Positions 55,096 through 64,000 of a stretch of 64,000 nucleotides of DNA are shown piece after piece. The stretch lies in assembly GCA_951406725.2 (NCBI GenBank), contig OX597826.1:59954001-60018000 (forward strand), given 5' to 3'. Every line of letters starts with the position of its first letter. Positions within the stretch are counted from its first letter, which is position 1. This DNA is from Octopus vulgaris (taxonomy: Eukaryota). Below the pieces are notes generated by a model. The model had not been told where the DNA came from. It was given only the letters and a program-made list of their open reading frames with translations, and made no database searches. Both the position numbers and the translations under genes were made by a program.

Positions 55096-55503
55096 ACTCT
55101 TTTACTTGTTTCAGTCATATGACTGCGGCCATGCTGGAGCACTGCCTTTAATCGAGCAACTCGACCCGGGGACTTATTCTTTTGTAAGCCCAGTACTTAT
55201 TCTATCGGTCTCTTTTGCCGAACCGCTAAGTAACGGAGACATAAACACACCAGCATCGGTTGTCAAGCAATGCTAGGGGGACAAACACAGACACACAAAC
55301 ACACACACGCATATATATGTATATATATATACATATATACGACGGGCTTCTTTCAGTTTCTGTCTACCAAATCCACTCACAAGGCTTTGGTCGGCCCGAG
55401 GCTATAGTAGAAGACACTTGCCCTAGGTGCCATGCAGTGGGACTGAACCCGAGACCATGTGGTTGGTAAACAAGCTACTGACGACACACCCACTCCTGCG
55501 CCT
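55096..55503 (-). mobile_element. SINE family A, full length
   Basis: Reverse complement of 46618-47077. Confidence 0.95.
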
Positions 55504-55918
55504 ATGTATGTATGTATATATATCAGACACACAGATAGATAAATAAATATATAAACAGATAAGCAGACAGGCAGGAGGATAGACTAACAAAGAGAAATAC
55601 AAAGTAATAGATCAATGAGTAAATAGGTAGATAGGAAATGGGTATTTGATCTGGTGTGTGACTAAAAAAATGAGATGGTAATAATTAAATGAGGGTAATA
55701 GTGTGTAACAGTAAAAGAAAGTATTAGGCAGGACCATACATACATACGTACCTATGTTCAACTGTACTTATACATGTGTATGTGCTTGCGTGTTTGTGTG
55801 CGTATGTGCTTGTATGAATGATATAACATGGTGCAAGGTGAATATGACGAAGAGAAGAGAAATGGGCATCTAGATGAAGAGCAAATGAAACCAGGAGTGC
55901 AAATGATGGATCTTTAGG

Positions 55919-55970
<52 letters not shown>

Positions 55971-56176
55971 TGTGTGCGCGTGTGTGTGCGTGTGTGTGCG
56001 TGTGTTTGTGTGTGTGTGTGTGTGTGGAAAAACAGTCAAGGTAGAAAATGCTAAAATAATTTTATAAGAAACATTTCCGTACCGGTTTCTGCCATTGAGA
56101 ATTTTTCTACTGTAAGTATGGAAAACAATTAGATTTTGAAAAAGTTAAAAGAAATGTTATTTAGAAGTATATTTGC

Positions 56177-56880
56177 ATCAGTCCGAGATGTAAAGTTATC
56201 GGTAAATGTTTTTGATTTTCACTTGGCATTCTTATCTAGGAGCCCTTAATTGTATTTCTACATGAATAATATTTTTCTATATGAATAATATTTTGTCTAA
56301 TGACTAATTCGTCTTTTGTGCTGGGCCACTGGTAGAAATGTTAGCACGCCGGGCGAAATGCGTAGCCGTATTTCGTCTGCCGTTACGTTCTGAGTTCAAA
56401 TTCCGCCGAGGTCGACTTTGCCTTTCATCCTTTCGGGGTCGCTAAATTAAGTACCAGTTACGCACTGGGGTCGATATAATCGACTTAATCCGTTTGTCTG
56501 TCCTTGTTTATGCCCTCTGTGTTTAGCTCCTTGTGGGTAGTAAAGAAATATATATTACGGGAAATCTTTTTCCCGGCATGCCCTATATCGCCGGGTATAT
56601 TTTGCGTCTGCGCAGAGATTTGAAAAGTTAAGATCTGCTAGTTGTTAAGATCAACACATGGTCTGACGCGATGCGAATCTCGATTCAATTTAGGCGTCTC
56701 GCTGATGAAGCTAGCCTTAGCAAACATATTCTGTGTTTTGCTAGAAAGAGGTAGTAACTGATATCAGTCCGAAATGTAAAGTTATCGGTAAATGTTTTTG
56801 ATTTTCACTCTCGATAAATTTATCTCCATTTTGTGTTCCCAGCACTTGGCATCCTTATCTAGGAGCCCTTAATTGTATTT

Positions 56881-56881
<1 letters not shown>
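56177..56881 (+). repeat. Direct repeats (56177-56258 and 56763-56881) flanking a degenerate hammerhead at ~56700-56733
   Basis: atcagtccga.atgtaaagttatcggtaaatgtttttgattttcact...ttatctaggagcccttaattgtatttc occurs twice; CTGATGA a gcta gcct tagc AAAc lies between the copies. Confidence 0.75.
56330..56551 (+). mobile_element. SINE family B
   Basis: Near-identical to 49919-50150. Confidence 0.95.
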
Positions 56882-56919
<38 letters not shown>

Positions 56920-57602
56920 GATAGATAGATAGATAGATAGATAGATTAAAGATTGAAATTAAAAATAAACAATGGACGTACCAGGTATGTCTACCTGCTG
57001 GAAATAACAGTCAAAATTCTTATTTAAATCGCCAAAATACATTGAAATAAGAGATTTTACTGTTATTCCCAGCTGAAAGACACTCACTATGTCCTTTGAT
57101 TCATTTTAATCTTTCAGCTATTTTAAGCTTTTGGTGGTGGTGGAGGTGCTGCAATCGCCTATATCATTGATTTTGTTATTATCATTCTTAAATTGTTGCA
57201 CTACATAATAATAGAATCAGCGATATCTTCGCAAATATTTACCCGTGAATTATTTTACTCCGCATATATGTATATATATATTCCTTTTGTTTGTTTTCGT
57301 TCGGTTTCCTTGTATGTCTCCACTGGCCTGTTTTTTGTTCCCAACTCTAAACCTACATGAATCCAAACGTTTTTTTTGAATTTATGGAAGCAACTGCCTT
57401 TGAAGACTCATATTGTCGTTGAATGCTCGAAATGAGGAGTAGACAGACATCCGACAACTGATGAAGTGTCCTTTCTCTGTATTTACTTGTCCTGTCTTTA
57501 CGTATTTCGTGTTGCACAGTTGGTGACGTCTTTTACCCATATATGCATATTTATCTATCTATCAACCTATCTATCTATCTATCTATCTATCTATATCTAT
57601 AT

Positions 57603-57657
<55 letters not shown>

Positions 57658-58378
57658 TATATATATATATATATATATGTGCACATCTGTAATACCAAGC
57701 CTAATGAAATCACCTTGATGCCTGATATGCGTCTCAGAAAACCAAGATAATGACTTTGTTTAAGAAGACTCCAGAGAAATGATAGGTGAAACTTATTATT
57801 ATTACATTAATTATTTCTAAAACAGAAATAAAAATACATTGAAGACTGAGAAATACGTCAAAAATTTTCTCTCACTTTGATCATTATTAATGTTTTTACA
57901 ATGGCTCCAGTATGGATCGTTGCTTTCATCACCAGTATTATCTATCGATTTCGTACACAATATTCTTCCTAAAAGATGTTTATTTACTTTTAATTTCATT
58001 TTCTTCTTGTTGCCCCGAGTAACAATTTGTCGGTATGTACCTATAGTATAAGATAGTAGATTTCGCATATTTGATTTAGATATATTATATTGGAAATTAT
58101 TTGGGTGTATAAAAGTAGGAGTTCTTATGAATATTTGTTTACACACAAGTGCATACTTAGGTTTTAATCAGAATCATTTCGGCGCTGTCAAATATATATG
58201 TGCATAGATATATATGTCTACAGAGACTTATCTATATTTATCCGTCCGTACATTTATATATGTATTCGAAATGCATTATATGTATAACGATACGGATTTG
58301 ACTATACATACATGTATGTGTGTGTATGTGTGTATATGTATGTAGGCCATGTATATATATATATATATATGCATACCT

Positions 58379-58413
<35 letters not shown>

Positions 58414-58613
58414 TAGTAGTTATGTTGATGCAAATAGGACAAATATATCTCAAAGTATGAGTACAAAAATATTTTATTATTATTTAGCAGAAGTGGCAGA
58501 CAGGCTCAAGATCTGAGAATTTCGTGCATGTAATCTATATATTGTATTACAACCGATATCATAACTATTGGTGAAAATATATATTTTCACCAATACACAC
58601 ATAACACATACTC

Positions 58614-58695
<82 letters not shown>

Positions 58696-58699
58696 GTAT

Positions 58700-60700
58700 A
58701 TATTGTATAAAGGAACGTAGGTAAGGCCGAAAAGATGCGAAGTAATTGTAAGGTAAATCACAAGAAAACAAATATATGAATTAAGGTAGATTTACCTTGT
58801 ATTCGATGTTTCGGGGTTATGACCCAATTGTCGAGAAAATAAACGAACGTTGCCAATGTTCGTGTGTGTGAGTGTGTGTGGAGTGGACATGTACGGAAAG
58901 GTGTTGCTATAGCATCCAGCTAGCATCCTGTAACTACCTTCTGTTGTTGATGTTAGATTTTTTTGGTGTACGAGGATGGCCTCAGAGACTCTATGGTTGA
59001 CCTTGTTCCGCCGTGTTGCCTTGATGTGCACTGTGAATTCCGGGGTTTGGCATTTCAGCAGTTGTTTCGTCACTGAAGTGTTCTTGTGCTTCTGATGTAG
59101 GATGCGACACATTTGTCACAGATGATCTCATATACAACATAGATCCTCTGGCAAACTTCAGGGTCATTGATGGGGCAGTTCGATTAATGTGCACTCCTCG
59201 GAGTAGTGAGAGGTGTTGTTCTTGGGTAGATCTCTTCTCTGGGATGGGCCGGTATGCATTATCTGTATATCGAGTCGTTCATTGCGGACTGCATGTTGTA
59301 TCGCTGCAGTAGTTCTGTCGTGAAAATATTGTAGCTTTAGGAAGCACGTGCCGGATTTAGGATATGATGGTTCTGCCAGGGTTTATCGACCTTGATGTTC
59401 TTTAGGCGCTGTTGTTTAGCTAAAGATGGTAGGTAGCCATTCAGGTTTAGGTCTCTGAAAAACTAATTTATGTTGACGGCTTTGTCGGTCACATTGCTGC
59501 AATTGTTGTTTATATGTGATTTTTACGTATGTCGCTTTAGCTCTGGAGGGAAAGGTTGACTGGTACTGGACGAAATGTTTTCTACAAGCGGCTTTTCTGT
59601 AGAATTTGGTAAATATGAAGCGTGTTTGTGTGATTTTGAGTTGAAAGTCGAATAGAGAGAGGGTTCCGGATTCGTCTGGATGTTCAATCTTGAATTTGAT
59701 GCTTATGTCGGTGTTATTGAAGATCCGGTGTATGTTAATGGCCACATCCCTGGAGGACGTGATGATAAGGGTAAATCAACGTACATGAAGAAGATGCATG
59801 AGCGGCAAGTGTTGAGTGCTGTGCGTTCTAGCTTATTCATGTACGCGATGGCCAGCAGGCCTAAAAGGCTAGATCCCAAAGTTAGGCCGGAAGTTTGTTT
59901 GTAAATCACATCGATATATTGAAAGTAGGTGTTACGAAATATAATGATTACTAACTCTCGTATGTCTGAGGCCGTGGGACCGAAGAGCTGGAAGTTGATC
60001 GATGGTAGGTGAGAGACGATGAAGGGGAAGATGGGACGGAGGAGGTTGCAGAGGGGTTGATGAGGAGAGAGGTCAGGGCAAGAAGATGTGGGAGAGATAC
60101 GGACGTGATGTGATCTATGAGTATATAAACGGGCCTGGAGAGCGGGTACAGAGGTATAGAGGGAAACTACGTCTAAACTAAAAGACTATTTTAGGAATAG
60201 AGGTGTCGGTATCTTTGCGTCTTGTGAAAATTTCGTGGGAGCTGCTGACCTGTCCGGGGAATGCGTGTCGTAAGGGCTTGGGGAGTTTAGGGAGGAGCCA
60301 AGAAATCTCATAGAAAGGTATGTTAATTCCTGATATTATGGGTCTGATTTTAAGCTTAGTTCCGAGTTTGTGGATTTATATTAAATGGTAGAAAAATGGA
60401 AGGGTGGAGTTTTAGATGTGTAGTTCACTCTAATCTTCTTAGTGAAATTTCTTTGGTGAGATTCCAGCTGGTGTTGATGATTGACTCCAGTCGGTAAGGT
60501 GTAATGTTGTGAATATAATATGGTGTCACTAAGGTATTCGATAGCTAGTTTGTTGTAACTGGGATTGTCTATAGTGCAGAATTCTTTCCCTTCGTCTGAA
60601 GGTGGGTAGATGAGGCTTTTGTTTCTTAGGCTTTGCAAGGTCAGAAATTGGTATTTAGTAAGGTTGCATGATGGGGAAGCTCTTACCTGTTGTGTTAACT
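58700..60700 (-). mobile_element. Decayed Penelope-like element (RT plus GIY-YIG) with a degenerate 3' hammerhead
   Basis: Minus strand: LIYPPSDEGK..YNKLAIEYLSD, YKQTSGLTLGSSLLGLLAIAYMNKLE..YVD, IKFKIEHPDESGTLSLFDF..FYRK, CPINDPEVCQRIYVVYEIICDKCVASYIRST, RVSEAILV; hammerhead relic at 58802-58837. Confidence 0.9.
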
Positions 60701-61284
60701 ATGGATTAAGTCTAGCTAGACTCAAACAATCTAAACTCAAGCTAGCTAGACTCAAACAAATGTATATGTATGTGTGTGTGTGTATCAATATATGCATACA
60801 TATACTAAACATTTATTTTTAGAGACCACAGCTTCTATAAATCCTCCCAACATACGTTGGGTGCAGGAGTCTTTAAAATAAATCATGATCTCCGATTGAG
60901 AGCTCCGAATGAACCAACCTCGAGGCAGGAAATGCAAATGTGGGTAGCAACATCAAACTCCTTTAATCACCAAATGCCACATATCGGAGAAGGTTTCAAG
61001 TAGTGATATACTGAGAGTGTAGCAAAAAAAAAAAAAAGGAACGGAAGGGGTCACAGCATGGTCTCAGTTCTCTTGCTGAAACTAGTGTAAGCACAGGGAA
61101 AACGATTAAATTAATAATTAATGAGGAGCTACATAAGCATGACACAGATTAGAGCATAGAGTGACTCATATGTATAGAGATACATTTAGACACATTGCTG
61201 AGGGAAACACGCGCACTCGCATGGGTGTGTTTTCTACACACACGCACATGCGCACAAACACAGACAGACACACGCTTATCTACA

Positions 61285-62050
<766 letters not shown>

Positions 62051-62421
62051 ATAAGCACATATATATCAAATGTATAAAGTAAAAAGACATTGTTTTTGTC
62101 GCTTCCTATTTTTTTATGAGACACTAAGCCTTCTTAAATCGATCAGAAATTGTTCAATGTCTAAACCTACAGCGTCTCACTTGCTTTACTGAGAAAAAAA
62201 AAAGAGCCAACAGTGGTAATCTCCTTCCTTCTGTCTCGTAGTTTGTCTCCAGCTTCTTCTATTGTAAACTGCAAACTCATTTGATGACATTTATAACATT
62301 AATGCTATTAATGAACAAGCGCAACATCATAACAAGAACAACAGAATACCAACAATCGCAAAGACGACCACAATGATGGTTATGATGGGCCATGACGGAC
62401 GTGGTAATGATGATGCTGATG

Positions 62422-62477
<56 letters not shown>

Positions 62478-63014
62478 GTGAAGGGTTTCTTTATTTGCGA
62501 AAAGAGCATCAATGAGGAATATGACAGCAATGATTTCACAACATATGTCAAGATAACAGATTGGAACTACTTTTACAGCATTCTGGTTTTCAAATAAGTC
62601 TGCATATGTCTAGGGAATGACAATGTGGAGAAAAGTAAAACAGAAAAAACTCTGAATTTTGGCATAAAGGCAGAGCACAAGCTGGAAGACAGAACAAACA
62701 TGACATCATTCTTCACAAGAGAAATTACTAAATAGCCAGGATACACAAGCACACACACAAGCACACATATACACACACACACACACACACGAACGCACAC
62801 ACTTACATTAATACACAAACATACACATGCGAACACACGTATATATATATACACACACACATATATATACATATATACAGAGAGAGAGAGAGTGTGTGTG
62901 TGTGTGAAAAAGAGAAAGAAAGAAATATAGATAGATAGACAGATATACACACACATATATGTATACGTACCTACTACGAATATATATATATATAACATTT
63001 TAGTGTATTTATGT

Positions 63015-63053
<39 letters not shown>

Positions 63054-63709
63054 AATACACACATACCTACGTACATGCATACATATATATACATATATAC
63101 GTATGCAATATATATTCTACAAAATGTGTGTGTGTGTCTGTATGTGTGTTTGTGTATGTATGTACGTCCTAGAGTACAGGAAATGCATGCACTATGATTT
63201 GTATGCCTGTAAGTATTACACCACATGTTCCGAGATATATTTCCTTCGTTTTACTTTGCAACTCCTGTTAGGTAACAACAGGTTGTTTCGAGATAGAGTA
63301 AGAGCTTGGGACAAACTAAGAGAGAAGAAACAACACACAGAGTACAGGAGAAAGAGAGAGAGAGAGTGAATGAGAGAGAAGTTTTTTGGAGACATTGAGA
63401 AAGTTGTTTAAGATGTCTACGTGAAAATAAGATCGAATATACGAAATAATGATGTGGTTGCTTTAAATAATAGCACTTAATGGATCTCTTGGTGACAGTG
63501 TTGAATTTGTCTTTAACAAGAAAAAAGAAAAAAGAAAAACGTAGATGTTCTAAAATATAGTTTATTCTGTCTTTTTTTTTAGTTTATTTTACGTGTAGCC
63601 ATAATGTTATAAAAATAAAATGATAGAATAGAAATCACGAAATACAAAATGTTTTCTGAAAGATTATGATTTTGTTATAAATGTAGTAAACTCTGATAAA
63701 TAGCAATGG

Positions 63710-63734
63710 TAGTAACAACAACAGCAACAGCATC

Positions 63735-63790
<56 letters not shown>

Positions 63791-64000
63791 CAGCAATAAT
63801 AATAATAATAACAGCAACAACAACGAGGATGATGATGACGATGTTCATAATGATGGTGATGGTGTTGTTGTTGTTGTTGTTCGTGATGGTGGTAGTGGTG
63901 GTGGTGGTGGTGGTGGTGGTGGTGGTGGTGGTGGTAGAGGTGGTGGTGGTGATGTTGGGGTTGGTGGAACTGATGATTTTATTGATAATAATAATAATAA
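63710..64000. repeat. (AAT)n,(AAC)n,(GGT)n trinucleotide block
   Basis: Directly visible. Confidence 0.95.

Overview
AT-rich, microsatellite-saturated eukaryotic DNA. The SINE families and the TA/TG/ATT/TATC repeat load strongly suggest an octopus (coleoid cephalopod) intron or intergenic region; this is inference, no search was run. No intact protein-coding gene can be supported, and almost all ORF-track entries are microsatellite read-throughs. The window contains about 20 tRNA-type SINEs of at least 4 families, several with clear target-site duplications (TSDs). It also holds two decayed Penelope-like retroelements (RT plus GIY-YIG), three R4/Dong-type remnants, a CR1-group LINE 3' end, one full-length decayed mariner, three mariner MITEs, a deleted Tc1 element and a ~415-bp foldback element. 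The most notable signal is about a dozen type I hammerhead-ribozyme motifs, two of them nearly intact, belonging to several unrelated short elements. These mostly sit in (TA)n tracts, and two lie between direct repeats, as expected for Penelope pLTR/retrozyme-like units. A few possible small spliced exons are reported at low confidence.
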